Below, one piece after another: positions 1-8,476 of a DNA stretch of 34,280 bases (position 1 is its first letter; every line of letters starts with the position of its first letter). This DNA comes from a virus. Lineage: Duplodnaviria; Caudoviricetes. Below the pieces are notes generated by a model. It had not been told where the DNA came from. It saw only the letters and a list, made by a program, of their open reading frames with translations, and ran no database searches. The stretch is taken from the IMG/VR virus record IMGVR_UViG_3300033076_000978, positions 1-34,280 of that record; one strand, given 5' to 3'. The translations under genes were made by a program, and so were the position numbers.

Positions 1-1
1 G

Positions 2-175
2 ATCCGATCCGACACATCAGACACCATGGTCTATGAGGTTCTCGGACCGATCTTCATTCGTGAAGCTTCTGGCTGGATTCTAGGCGTTCGATATACCTCT
101 CTGAACGAACGGCGATTCGAATACTGTCGGGTGGTATCGGAGTTCCAAAATCTATTCACGGAATATACAGAATGA
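2..175 (+). CDS. Partial (5'-truncated) small phage protein, DUF1653-like
   Basis: Frame is open from the window edge: IRSDTSDTMVYEVLGPIFIREASGWILGVRYTSLNERRFEYCRVVSEFQNLFTEYTE*. Its TGA overlaps the next ATG (ATGA at 172-175). The YEVLG...V.Y...R...EF pattern recalls DUF1653. Confidence 0.55.
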   Translation: MRSDTSDTMVYEVLGPIFIREASGWILGVRYTSLNERRFEYCRVVSEFQNLFTEYTE

Positions 176-1059
176 AACTCTCCCAACGCACAGCATCAAA
201 GTCCCATCGAGTTCTCATCTTCGGTCCACCTAAATCTGGCAAGTCTCTCCTGGCAGGTAAGCTCTCCTCGGATTTCAATCTCATCTGGTTCGATCTTGAA
301 AATGGATATGACACTTTATTTCAACTCCCAAGTGCCCAACAAGATCGTATCGAAATTATCTCCATCCCAGACACCAGATCTTTCCCAGTTGCAATCGAGA
401 CCTGTCTCAAGGCAATCAAAGGAAACTCAGGCTCCATCTGTGAAGAGCATGGGAAGTGGGACTGTCCAATTTGTAAGAAAGCAGGCGCCCCACTCATCCC
501 AGTCAACTTACAAACTGTGGACCTGGACACTGTGGTGGTATTCGATTCTCTTACTCAGCTTACTAACTCTGCCATTGCCCACATTACTCGCAATCAACCA
601 GATGACTACAAGCTTTCTTACGAAGATTGGGGTAATCTAGGTAAGCTCCTGGATATGTTCCTCTCGCATGTTCAGCAAGCCGGTTTCCATGTGGTGTGCA
701 TATCGCATGAGACAGAAGCGGAGATGGAAGATGGGCGACAGAAACTTGTACCAACAGCGGGCACCAGGAACTTCTCTCGGAACACCGCCAAGTATTTCGA
801 TGAGGTTATCTACTGCGAGGTGAAAAACAAGAAGCACATTGCGGCCTCCTCGACAACCTATAACAACAACATTCTCACTGGCTCACGATCTGGCTCAAGC
901 TTAGAAACTGATGCCGAACCCTCACTTGTTCCACTGTTCAAAGGAGAATCTAAATGTTTAACTGGAACTCAAACTCAGAAGCCAAGCCAAGCAACTCCGG
1001 CAAACACAGCTCTGACCTCCCTGCAAAAGATTCGAGCCGGACTGCCCACCAAGACTTGA
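172..1059 (+). CDS. Sak4-like / AAA_24 P-loop ATPase (single-strand annealing recombinase) with Zn-finger insert
   Basis: Walker A GPPKSGKS, FDLENG, Walker B VVVFDS, 'YEDWG' and ISHE motifs. An SSB-like gene lies nearby, as is typical for Sak4. Confidence 0.8.
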   Translation: MKLSQRTASKSHRVLIFGPPKSGKSLLAGKLSSDFNLIWFDLENGYDTLFQLPSAQQDRIEIISIPDTRSFPVAIETCLKAIKGNSGSICEEHGKWDCPICKKAGAPLIPVNLQTVDLDTVVVFDSLTQLTNSAIAHITRNQPDDYKLSYEDWGNLGKLLDMFLSHVQQAGFHVVCISHETEAEMEDGRQKLVPTAGTRNFSRNTAKYFDEVIYCEVKNKKHIAASSTTYNNNILTGSRSGSSLETDAEPSLVPLFKGESKCLTGTQTQKPSQATPANTALTSLQKIRAGLPTKT

Positions 1060-1073
1060 TAGAGGATATTAAA

Positions 1074-1367
1074 ATGTCACCCCAGATCCACAACTCAGTT
1101 CCTGAGACTCTCTCCCAGCGAGCCAGCACTCACGGTGATTTCAAGATCAATGGTCAGGTGATGCAAACTCTGAAAGAGACCTGCCATGTAACACCTAACT
1201 GGCACACTCTCGCACCTCATCAGCGAGAAGCAATCGAAATGATCTGTCATAAACTCGGAAGGATTCTATGCGGTAACCCAGATCACGCTGACCACTGGCA
1301 TGATATTGCAGGCTATGCCACACTGGTCGAACAACTCCTGCCTGCTGCTCCCACCTCCTCCATTTAA
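1074..1367 (+). CDS. DUF6378-like phage protein
   Basis: TLSQRASTHGDF...HKLGRILCGNPDHADHWHDIAGYATL signature. Start moved to ATG 1074, behind AGAGGA. Confidence 0.75.
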   Translation: MSPQIHNSVPETLSQRASTHGDFKINGQVMQTLKETCHVTPNWHTLAPHQREAIEMICHKLGRILCGNPDHADHWHDIAGYATLVEQLLPAAPTSSI

Positions 1368-1394
1368 TCTTTCTTCTCTCCATAGGTAACTCAA

Positions 1395-1832
1395 ATGTCT
1401 GACAATCAAACTTTCACCCTCGACAACCTGCTCGACGCTACTCTGGATGACATCGCTGATCTCCCTGAGTTTCGCCCTTTCCCTGCGGGCACCCACAAGG
1501 TGACTCTCGCACTCTCCCAGAAATCCCTCAATAACAAGCCAGCATACGAAGTCAAGATGACTCTGATCGAGACGATCGAGCTGGCAGATCAGTCGGAAAC
1601 TCCGCTCACCCAAGGCGCCACTGACTCGGTTGCATACTTCCTGGATAATCAGTGGGGTCTGGGCGCTTTCAAGAAGCTCCTGAAGCCGGCTGGCGAACAT
1701 TTCGGCACTGGTTCCATCCGGGATATCATCGAGAATCTGCAAGGTGCAGAAGTTATCGTGATTACCCGCCAGCGTCCGAACAAAGAGAAGACCAAGAGCT
1801 ACACCGATATCGTTGAACTGATCGTGGTATAA
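1395..1832 (+). CDS. Putative single-stranded DNA-binding protein (DUF669-like)
   Basis: Acidic N-terminus, 'FRPFPAGTH' motif, size of 145 aa and position after the Sak4-like gene. Confidence 0.6.
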   Translation: MSDNQTFTLDNLLDATLDDIADLPEFRPFPAGTHKVTLALSQKSLNNKPAYEVKMTLIETIELADQSETPLTQGATDSVAYFLDNQWGLGAFKKLLKPAGEHFGTGSIRDIIENLQGAEVIVITRQRPNKEKTKSYTDIVELIVV

Positions 1833-1870
1833 ACCCATAGGGCCTATCTTCGGATGGGCTCTTTAGTTTA
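1830..1870 (+). terminator. cUUCGg hairpin after the SSB gene (intrinsic terminator or RNase III-type site)
   Basis: AGGGCCTATC-TTCG-GATGGGCTCT forms a 10-bp stem with 2 G.U pairs, followed by TTAGTTT. An outer TAAAC/GTTTA stem is also possible. Confidence 0.65.
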
Positions 1871-1898
1871 TATCTCCCACCCACAAAAGGAAGATGAG

Positions 1899-2105
1899 AT
1901 GAGCCTCCCTGTATATATAGTTATCGAGTCCACTGAGCTGACCAAACTGGAATGGAGAGTAGAGGATCTCCTAAAAACTGGTTATCAACCCGTAGGTGGA
2001 GTCTCCATCACGATAGTTGGTTCTGGTGCAATTCACTATGCACAAGCAATGATGAAGACTGCGGAAACTCCTCGCACCCGGAAAACTAAGAAGGCCCCCG
2101 AATGA
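1899..2105 (+). CDS. DUF1737-like small protein
   Basis: VEDLLKTGYQPVGGVSI...YAQAMMK pattern. ATG at 1899 follows AAGGAAG. Confidence 0.65.
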   Translation: MSLPVYIVIESTELTKLEWRVEDLLKTGYQPVGGVSITIVGSGAIHYAQAMMKTAETPRTRKTKKAPE

Positions 2106-4447
2106 GTCACGCTCTTTTCCTCGGCACCCCAGACGACAAACCATATCTCTCCCATCTGAAAGGGGCATTCAGCGGACTCAACACCTATGTATGCACTGAA
2201 CCAATACATCTCCTCTCTCACCTGGAACTCTATTGCAGCAAGCGTTCCATCACCAAGGTTGTCTCCACATCTATACCGATTCTGAGAAAGCTTCTAGAGG
2301 TCCAAGGAAACAATCGAGAAGTTGGCACGATTGGTGATTACGCCGGTTCCGTATTTACACACCGATCTCTGGAGATTGTATTTATCTCCCCACTCTCTCA
2401 ACTGTTCACTGTACCTTACGGCAAGTTCCTAGCATCTCGCTACATCTCCAAGGTCTGCGCTCCATCCACCTGGCCTGAACCAACACCTTTCTCCTTCGAG
2501 ATTCTAACTCCAGCTAACATCGAGCGCCACTATGATCTATTCTCTCATGCGTATGCTGTCGCGGTGGACATCGAAACATATCGTAAGAATCTCGCCATTA
2601 GGTGTATTGGTTATACTGGGATTCTTGTTGGAGCTAGTGGTACTCTATCAACTATCTCGGTAGTCTTACCCATCGACTCCCTTTGGGCTCTTGCTTGGAT
2701 GAGGAAATTCAATGATATCTCTCCCCAGAAAATCTTCCAGAACGGCAAGTACGACTGCTCCTACCTGCTACGGTATAACGCTCCAGTTAGAAACTGGCTC
2801 TGGGACACTGCTCATTTCATGCACAGTTGGTATTCCGAGCTACCAAAGGATCTTGCTTTCCTTAATGCCTTCTTTCTACGAGAGGTGGTATATTGGAAAG
2901 ATCTCGCAGAGACTCATGACCTCCATGAGTACTATCGATACAATGCACTTGACACCTGGGCCACTGCAAACGTCTGGATTGCACAGCTCCTATCCGCACC
3001 AGACTGGGCACGGAGAAACTATTCACTAGAGTTCCCGCTTGTGTATCCATGTCTCCTAGCTGAGATGACCGGACTGAAGAGGGATACACAGAAACTTATA
3101 GAGGCACGAAATGAAACCGATCAGCAAGAATCTCAAGCTCTTGGTAGTTTGCAGCGCTGCCTCGGAGTTCCAGGGTTCAACCCAGGTTCCCCAGTCCAAG
3201 TCAAATCGATGCTCAAACTTTTGGGCTGCCAGGATATTGAATCTAGCAATGAAAAAGACCTTGCGAAAGCCAAGCTTCGTCACCCGCTCAACGCCTTAAT
3301 CATCGATAAGATTCTCACGATTCGAGGCCTACGCAAACTCTCATCAACCTATCTACGGCTAGACTCAGATGCAAAACAAACGGGAATCCATGCTGGAGAA
3401 GGTGGCGCCAAAGAGTTCCAAGGACGAGTTCTATACGCTCTCAATCCACATGGAACAGACACAGGACGACTCGCTTCTCGTGAGCATCACTTTTGGTGCG
3501 GGCTACAGATCCAAAATATTCCAAGAGGTACTGAAGTTAAGCAAACAATCTGTGCCGACGATGGATTCTACCTTGGCGAGTGTGATCTGGAACAAGCAGA
3601 GTCTAGAGATACCGCACACATTGCAGGAGATGAGGCGCTCATTAGCGCGGTTTCTGGGACTCGGGACTTCCACTCAGTTAATGCTAGCAGTTTTTTCGGC
3701 ACTCCATATGAATCCATCTATGATGACTCTGCTGGAAAAACAAAGAACAAACCACTGCGCGATCTCGCTAAAAGGGTTAACCATGGCGCAAACTACAACA
3801 TGGGTCCTCTGGTTCTAGTAGATACTATGGGACTAGATAAGATCTGGGAAGCACAGCGACTCCTCTCGCTCCCATCTAACCTGGCGCCCAAGCAAGTAGC
3901 AGAAGAACTTCTCTCCAGGTTCCATAAGACCTACCCTAAACTCAAAGGTGCATACTATGTCTCAGTCATCAATGAAGTTGGTACTACCTCTCGACTCACT
4001 AGCCGAGCATTCCACCACACAAGCTACAATGAAGCTAGCTACACAGTTTCAGACTACATTGCAAAAGGCGATTGGACAAGATATTGTTTTGGTAAGCCTG
4101 ACAAAAACAAGCTCGACCTTAACTCTCTTGTGGCGCACTGCCCCCAAAGTCTGAACGCTCGGACACTGAATGAAGCTTTCCTAGATGTCTTCTACAAAGT
4201 TGCTCTTAAGAACCCAGACACGTTCCGACTTCATGCGCAAATCCATGACTCAATCTTGTTCAGCTACGTTAGACATGCAGTCCATTTGCCAGAGCAAGTC
4301 AAGGCATGTATGGAAATTCCTGTTAGTGTCCGCTGCGTATCTGGCACTCTTCGCAGATTCGTGGTCCCCGCCGCCCTCAAGATCGGAAAGCTCGACAAGG
4401 CAACCGGCGCCCTGAAACGTGCAACTTACTGGTCAGAGACCGAATAG
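2102..4447 (+). CDS. polA: Family A DNA polymerase with 3'-5' exonuclease and an extra N-terminal domain
   Basis: ExoI AVDIET, ExoII QNGKYD, ExoIII YNALD, TDTGRLAS, QNIP, motif A DLEQAESR, motif B RDLAKRVNHGANY and motif C QIHDS. Confidence 0.95.
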   Translation: MSHALFLGTPDDKPYLSHLKGAFSGLNTYVCTEPIHLLSHLELYCSKRSITKVVSTSIPILRKLLEVQGNNREVGTIGDYAGSVFTHRSLEIVFISPLSQLFTVPYGKFLASRYISKVCAPSTWPEPTPFSFEILTPANIERHYDLFSHAYAVAVDIETYRKNLAIRCIGYTGILVGASGTLSTISVVLPIDSLWALAWMRKFNDISPQKIFQNGKYDCSYLLRYNAPVRNWLWDTAHFMHSWYSELPKDLAFLNAFFLREVVYWKDLAETHDLHEYYRYNALDTWATANVWIAQLLSAPDWARRNYSLEFPLVYPCLLAEMTGLKRDTQKLIEARNETDQQESQALGSLQRCLGVPGFNPGSPVQVKSMLKLLGCQDIESSNEKDLAKAKLRHPLNALIIDKILTIRGLRKLSSTYLRLDSDAKQTGIHAGEGGAKEFQGRVLYALNPHGTDTGRLASREHHFWCGLQIQNIPRGTEVKQTICADDGFYLGECDLEQAESRDTAHIAGDEALISAVSGTRDFHSVNASSFFGTPYESIYDDSAGKTKNKPLRDLAKRVNHGANYNMGPLVLVDTMGLDKIWEAQRLLSLPSNLAPKQVAEELLSRFHKTYPKLKGAYYVSVINEVGTTSRLTSRAFHHTSYNEASYTVSDYIAKGDWTRYCFGKPDKNKLDLNSLVAHCPQSLNARTLNEAFLDVFYKVALKNPDTFRLHAQIHDSILFSYVRHAVHLPEQVKACMEIPVSVRCVSGTLRRFVVPAALKIGKLDKATGALKRATYWSETE

Positions 4448-4461
4448 AAAGGATTCTTGAA

Positions 4462-4749
4462 ATGAACTCCGCTCTCCGTATTCTCCCGGCTCTTCTCCTC
4501 TCAACCTCTGCCTTTGGAGCCGACATTCTCCAAGCAGATCTAGCCCAAGGAATCACAGTCATCCTCACAGATGAAGTCGGGCCATGCGCAAATCCGGCAC
4601 GCGTGGCACGTTGGATTGAAGCAGATCCCAAGAACTTCACGCTAGGCTGCTACAAACTTGTGCCGGGCAACTACATCCAAATCGCCTGGCTAGATGCAGA
4701 TACCGGCACCATTCCTGCCCCAGTTTTCAAACCTGTAAAAGGTTCTTGA
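4462..4749 (+). CDS. Small exported protein (signal peptide, two Cys)
   Basis: MNSALRILPALLLSTSAFG/A looks like a Sec signal peptide. RBS AGAAAGGA is present. Confidence 0.65.
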   Translation: MNSALRILPALLLSTSAFGADILQADLAQGITVILTDEVGPCANPARVARWIEADPKNFTLGCYKLVPGNYIQIAWLDADTGTIPAPVFKPVKGS

Positions 4750-4750
4750 T

Positions 4751-4933
4751 ATGATCCGCGCACAAGTTCTTCCACCGACCCCAGAAGATTCCAAGATCCT
4801 TCGCTTGGAGATCTCTGGTCACGATCTATTCGATCTCAAAATCCTGCTAGATCGAGCACTCTCCCACACCATGCATGATTACCCAAAGTATGTAGAACTC
4901 TCCGACAAGCTCTCTGAGTTTTTGAGGAGTTAA
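4751..4933 (+). CDS. Hypothetical protein
   Basis: 60-aa ORF packed tightly between neighbouring genes (1-nt gaps). Confidence 0.6.
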   Translation: MIRAQVLPPTPEDSKILRLEISGHDLFDLKILLDRALSHTMHDYPKYVELSDKLSEFLRS

Positions 4934-4934
4934 G

Positions 4935-6182
4935 ATGCCTGGGGATTTCTTTTCCCAATATCTCGCCTTTGCAGGGGAGACAGAAGTCCCCGCATTCTTC
5001 TCGCGCTGGGCGGCGATCTCAGGAATCGGAGCTTTCCTTGGCAGGAGATTCTTCTTTCAACATGGGCATTTCAACATCTACCCCAATCAGTATTGCATGC
5101 TGATCGGATCTCCAGGCACCAGAAAATCTACAGCAATCAAACTCATGAGGAAACTTCTGCAAGATGCAGGCTACGACACAATCGCAGCAGACAAGACCAC
5201 GAAGGAAAAGTTCATGCTGGATCTGGCGGGCGAAGGCTCTGATGAAGCAGCAGGAGATATTCTAGACCAGAACCTCTTTGGAGATATCAAGAATGAAGCT
5301 GATGCAGAAATGTTTGTCATGGCCGACGAGTTCAACGACTTCTTTGGCAATGGGAATATTGAGTTCATCTCTCTCCTTGGCACTCTGTGGGATTACACTG
5401 GAACTTACACAAATCGAATCAAGAACGGGAAGTCAGTTGCCATTTGCAATCCTACTATATCAATACTCGGTGGCAATACTCCTACAGGTTTCGCTCTGGC
5501 TTTTCCTCCAGAGATTCTCGGTCAGGGATTCTTCTCCCGAATTCTCTTAATCTATGGTGAACCAAATGGAAAACGGATACCCTTTCCACGACCTCCTGAC
5601 CCAAGAGCCGCCGCTGAGCTTTGCGGATATCTGCAAGCTATGCGAGTCCAGTCTTGCGGTCCCGCAAAGCTCACTACTCCAGCAGAAGGACTCCTTGGTA
5701 AAATCTACACTTCCTATGCTGGAGTCGATGATGTCCGATTTGAGTCTTACTCCAATCGACGTTTTTCCCACCTCCTTAAGCTCACTCTTGTTGCTGCTGC
5801 AAATCGACTATCTTCAACGATTACAGAATCAGATGTTATCCATGCGAACTCAATTCTTACGTTCACAGAACAACTTATGCCTAAAGCACTCGGAGAGTTT
5901 GGAAAATCCAAGCACTCAGACGTCTCCCACAAAATCTTGACACTCATCAATTCTTCCCACGGTATCGTGTCTTTCCGAGAGATCTGGTCGCACGTGCATA
6001 CAGATCTGGAGAAGATGCAAGATCTGGCCACCCTACTAACAAATCTCAAGGCGGCAGATAAGATTCAGCAGGCACCAGGCGGCCTAGGTTTCCTTCCCAA
6101 ACGCAAGTTGATGATTGAGCAAGATGACTCAATGGTTGACTTCTCTTTACTAACTGAAGAAGAAAGGCGGATGACGATATGA
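4935..6182 (+). CDS. DUF3987-like P-loop ATPase, putative replicative helicase
   Basis: Walker A GSPGTRKS, Walker B FVMADE, GFFSR arginine-finger-like motif and a C-terminal winged-helix-like region. RBS GAGGAG. Confidence 0.75.
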   Translation: MPGDFFSQYLAFAGETEVPAFFSRWAAISGIGAFLGRRFFFQHGHFNIYPNQYCMLIGSPGTRKSTAIKLMRKLLQDAGYDTIAADKTTKEKFMLDLAGEGSDEAAGDILDQNLFGDIKNEADAEMFVMADEFNDFFGNGNIEFISLLGTLWDYTGTYTNRIKNGKSVAICNPTISILGGNTPTGFALAFPPEILGQGFFSRILLIYGEPNGKRIPFPRPPDPRAAAELCGYLQAMRVQSCGPAKLTTPAEGLLGKIYTSYAGVDDVRFESYSNRRFSHLLKLTLVAAANRLSSTITESDVIHANSILTFTEQLMPKALGEFGKSKHSDVSHKILTLINSSHGIVSFREIWSHVHTDLEKMQDLATLLTNLKAADKIQQAPGGLGFLPKRKLMIEQDDSMVDFSLLTEEERRMTI

Positions 6183-6553
6183 CCCCCAGCGAATTCCTAG
6201 ATCTCTACGGTGCAAAGGTCACTCACTACGAGATCACACAAGACAAATTTGCACCACTCGTAGTTCACAGTTACGAAGCTGCCGAGCGGATGCGAGACAT
6301 GTTAGGTCTCACTACTCAGGTACATGAACTTATCTCCAGGTTCCACACCTGTGCAGCTCTTCACAAAACTATCCTCCCAGAGACCTATCAACTAGGAGAT
6401 ATTGTCAAAAAGAAATCTGGAGCTGAGTGGGTGGGTCGAGTGGTAGGTTTCTATTCCACTCACCTAACACCTCATGGAGTAGCTGTAGAATCAATCGCTC
6501 ATCCCGGATCTGTACAGATCTATCCCGAACATGCACTAACCTTGGTATCTTAA
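6179..6553 (+). CDS. dfrB: Protein with C-terminal type II (R67/DfrB) dihydrofolate reductase domain
   Basis: C-terminal [44 protein letters not shown] aligns without gaps to R67 DHFR as recalled ([44 protein letters not shown]). The N-terminal ~69 aa are unassigned. Confidence 0.9.
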   Translation: MTPSEFLDLYGAKVTHYEITQDKFAPLVVHSYEAAERMRDMLGLTTQVHELISRFHTCAALHKTILPETYQLGDIVKKKSGAEWVGRVVGFYSTHLTPHGVAVESIAHPGSVQIYPEHALTLVS

Positions 6554-6554
6554 T

Positions 6555-6938
6555 ATGTCTCAATCTCTTGGTTTCGTAGAGCTTCTCACACCCTCAGGTG
6601 AAATCAAACCTGTGCGCTATGACATCTTTGTCTCGGCGCTTTTTAAGTTACAATCATTCGACACCATGCAACTCCACGCAGCTCTAGGAGTTTGCGGGGA
6701 AGCAGGAGAACTAGCAGATGGAATAAAGAAACATGTGATCTATGGGAAGCCTCTGGATCGCGAGAACGTGATCGAGGAACTTGGCGATCTCAGGTTCTAT
6801 ATCCAGGCTGTGATGAACCTGTACCAAATCTCAGAGCAAACAGTTCTACAGTATAATGCAAGGAAACTATCTAAGCGGTATGTAGAACTGGCGTACTCAG
6901 ATGAGGCAGCAATTGCACGGAAGGATAAGGAATCATGA
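6555..6938 (+). CDS. MazG-like nucleoside triphosphate pyrophosphohydrolase
   Basis: LHAALGVCGEAGELAD...EELGDLRFY...N..KL.KRY matches the all-alpha NTP-PPase signature. Confidence 0.9.
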   Translation: MSQSLGFVELLTPSGEIKPVRYDIFVSALFKLQSFDTMQLHAALGVCGEAGELADGIKKHVIYGKPLDRENVIEELGDLRFYIQAVMNLYQISEQTVLQYNARKLSKRYVELAYSDEAAIARKDKES

Positions 6939-7444
6939 CACCCGAAGTTAACATCATGGTGGATATCGAAACTCTGTCCACTCGCCCAGATGCAACTATT
7001 CTCTCGATCGGCGCTGTGTGCCTAGAGACTGACATGGAGTTTTATGCAGAGATCGACCCGAGACAGGACAGGCATGTAGATGTATCAACTGTCATGTGGT
7101 GGTTCGAGCAGCCAATCAAACCGCCCCTCGATTCCACACTCACTCTAGGAGCTGGCTTGTATGCATTCTCAGACTTCTGCAAGTCACAGGCCACAAACAA
7201 GAAGTTCAAGTTCTGGTCCAAAGGCCCGCACTTCGATGCTACGACTCTGGCAGATGCGTATGGCATGAGAGGAATCGAGTGTCCTTGGGAATATAGCTCA
7301 GTCCGAGATTACCGAACTCTCGCTAAGCTCCTCCCACATATCCCCAAGCCTCCATTCCAAGGCGATAAGCATAACGCCCTCGCAGACGCCAAGAACCAGG
7401 CGGCCCACCTAAAACTTCTTCTTGCGGAGTTCCAGAAATGCTGA
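6935..7444 (+). CDS. DEDDh 3'-5' exonuclease (Rv2179c/DUF5051-like)
   Basis: MVDIETL, ILSIGAV, W.KGPHFD, RDYRT and HNALADA motifs. Confidence 0.9.
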   Translation: MTPEVNIMVDIETLSTRPDATILSIGAVCLETDMEFYAEIDPRQDRHVDVSTVMWWFEQPIKPPLDSTLTLGAGLYAFSDFCKSQATNKKFKFWSKGPHFDATTLADAYGMRGIECPWEYSSVRDYRTLAKLLPHIPKPPFQGDKHNALADAKNQAAHLKLLLAEFQKC

Positions 7445-7758
7445 GCGCATCAGACAGAGAATTGTTGAAGCTGGCAGCCAAGGCTGCAAAATACCCGCAG
7501 GGTAGAAGCCATACTTTAGGAGGTTTGATGACTGCCAATGAGTTGTCCTGGAATCCATTGGCCGACGACGGCGACGCGCTGCGGCTGGCTGTGAAGCTAC
7601 GGATTGAGGTCGAGCCTTGGATTCATGGCGATTCAGCATGTGCCCGTGCTGCCGTCCGTGAAGTGCTGATTGACGAGCCCCATTATGGCGATGACCCTGG
7701 ACGCGCCACACGCCGCGCCATCGTCAGGGCCGCTGCTGAGATCGGCAAATCTCTATAA
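7438..7758 (+). CDS. Hypothetical phage protein (WNPL.DDGDALRLA family)
   Basis: DRELL.LAAKA, WNPLADDGDALRLAVKL and ATRRAIVRAAAEIG are recurrent in proteobacterial phage proteins. The 3' part is GC-richer than its neighbours. Confidence 0.75.
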   Translation: MLSASDRELLKLAAKAAKYPQGRSHTLGGLMTANELSWNPLADDGDALRLAVKLRIEVEPWIHGDSACARAAVREVLIDEPHYGDDPGRATRRAIVRAAAEIGKSL

Positions 7759-7773
7759 TCTAGGAGTTACAGA

Positions 7774-8037
7774 GTGCAATATGAATTCTTTCCAGAAGGC
7801 TACATCCTCCTGAACAAGGAGCTAGCCTCAGGCTACCACCCAACTCTCACACTCAAACTCGGAAAGCATCCACCAGATGAAGTAGACATCCGGCTTGCAG
7901 AGATTGCCACTCACTGCTCAGTTCTCCTAGACGGTACCTATACTCTAGAAGAGCGAGACAAGCTATGTGCGATTCTAGCTGGGCGACTTGAGGTTCTCAG
8001 AGAGATTGCCCCACCACAGAATATTTTACCCCTATAA
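7774..8037 (+). CDS. Hypothetical protein
   Basis: GTG start after AGGAG. Last gene before the terminator. Confidence 0.7.
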   Translation: MQYEFFPEGYILLNKELASGYHPTLTLKLGKHPPDEVDIRLAEIATHCSVLLDGTYTLEERDKLCAILAGRLEVLREIAPPQNILPL

Positions 8038-8077
8038 AAAATGCCCCGCCTGGAACTAACCAGGACGGGGCATTTTT
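8036..8077. terminator. Bidirectional Rho-independent terminator between convergent gene blocks
   Basis: AAAAAATGCCCCG-CCTGG..CCAGG-A-CGGGGCATTTTT is a GC stem with A and T tracts on both sides. Confidence 0.9.
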
Positions 8078-8146
8078 GCGTTTAGCGATTTTTTAGGTAA
8101 CTAACTCATGAGGCAATACATTAATCCTCACCGGCAGGGGATTGGA

Positions 8147-8476
8147 TCAATACCAAGAGTTGGCGGCCTGAGCCACTAACTTCGTGCCGTCGCTCAGAAA
8201 CTCGACCAGCGTCTGCTTCGCGGCTGTATTGCCGGTGTTGCTAAACGCGGTCGGGAAGATGTACGCGGCATTCCATGTGATCGCCCAGCCGCCCGTCGCA
8301 TCCTGCGTGATGATGACAACCACGCGCTTGCCAGCGGCAGGCACGTTTGTCGGTGCGCCCCAGGCACTTGCTGCTGTAGCCGTGAACGTGACCACGTCAC
8401 CAAGCGCGCAGTTCAGGGCCGGCGTTGCACTGCTGGCAACCGCCTGCTGAGCACCTTTTCCTCGGTTGGTTGGCAT
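8147..8476 (-). CDS. Small tail-fibre-type beta-sandwich protein
   Basis: ITQDATGGWAITWNAAYIFP motif is typical of tail-fibre C-terminal modules. GC-rich and lacks a strong SD. Confidence 0.6.
   Translation of the reverse strand: MPTNRGKGAQQAVASSATPALNCALGDVVTFTATAASAWGAPTNVPAAGKRVVVIITQDATGGWAITWNAAYIFPTAFSNTGNTAAKQTLVEFLSDGTKLVAQAANSWY

Noticed and set aside
6179-6553. dfrB as an integron cassette
   Set aside because: No attC-like flanks or integrase. The gene is tightly coupled to phage neighbours and shares their composition.
2102-6938. 2-aminoadenine (dZ) or other defined base-modification pathway
   Set aside because: PolA and a MazG-like gene are present, but no PurZ, DatZ-type HD phosphohydrolase, thymidylate-synthase-like or queuosine-pathway gene is visible in the window.
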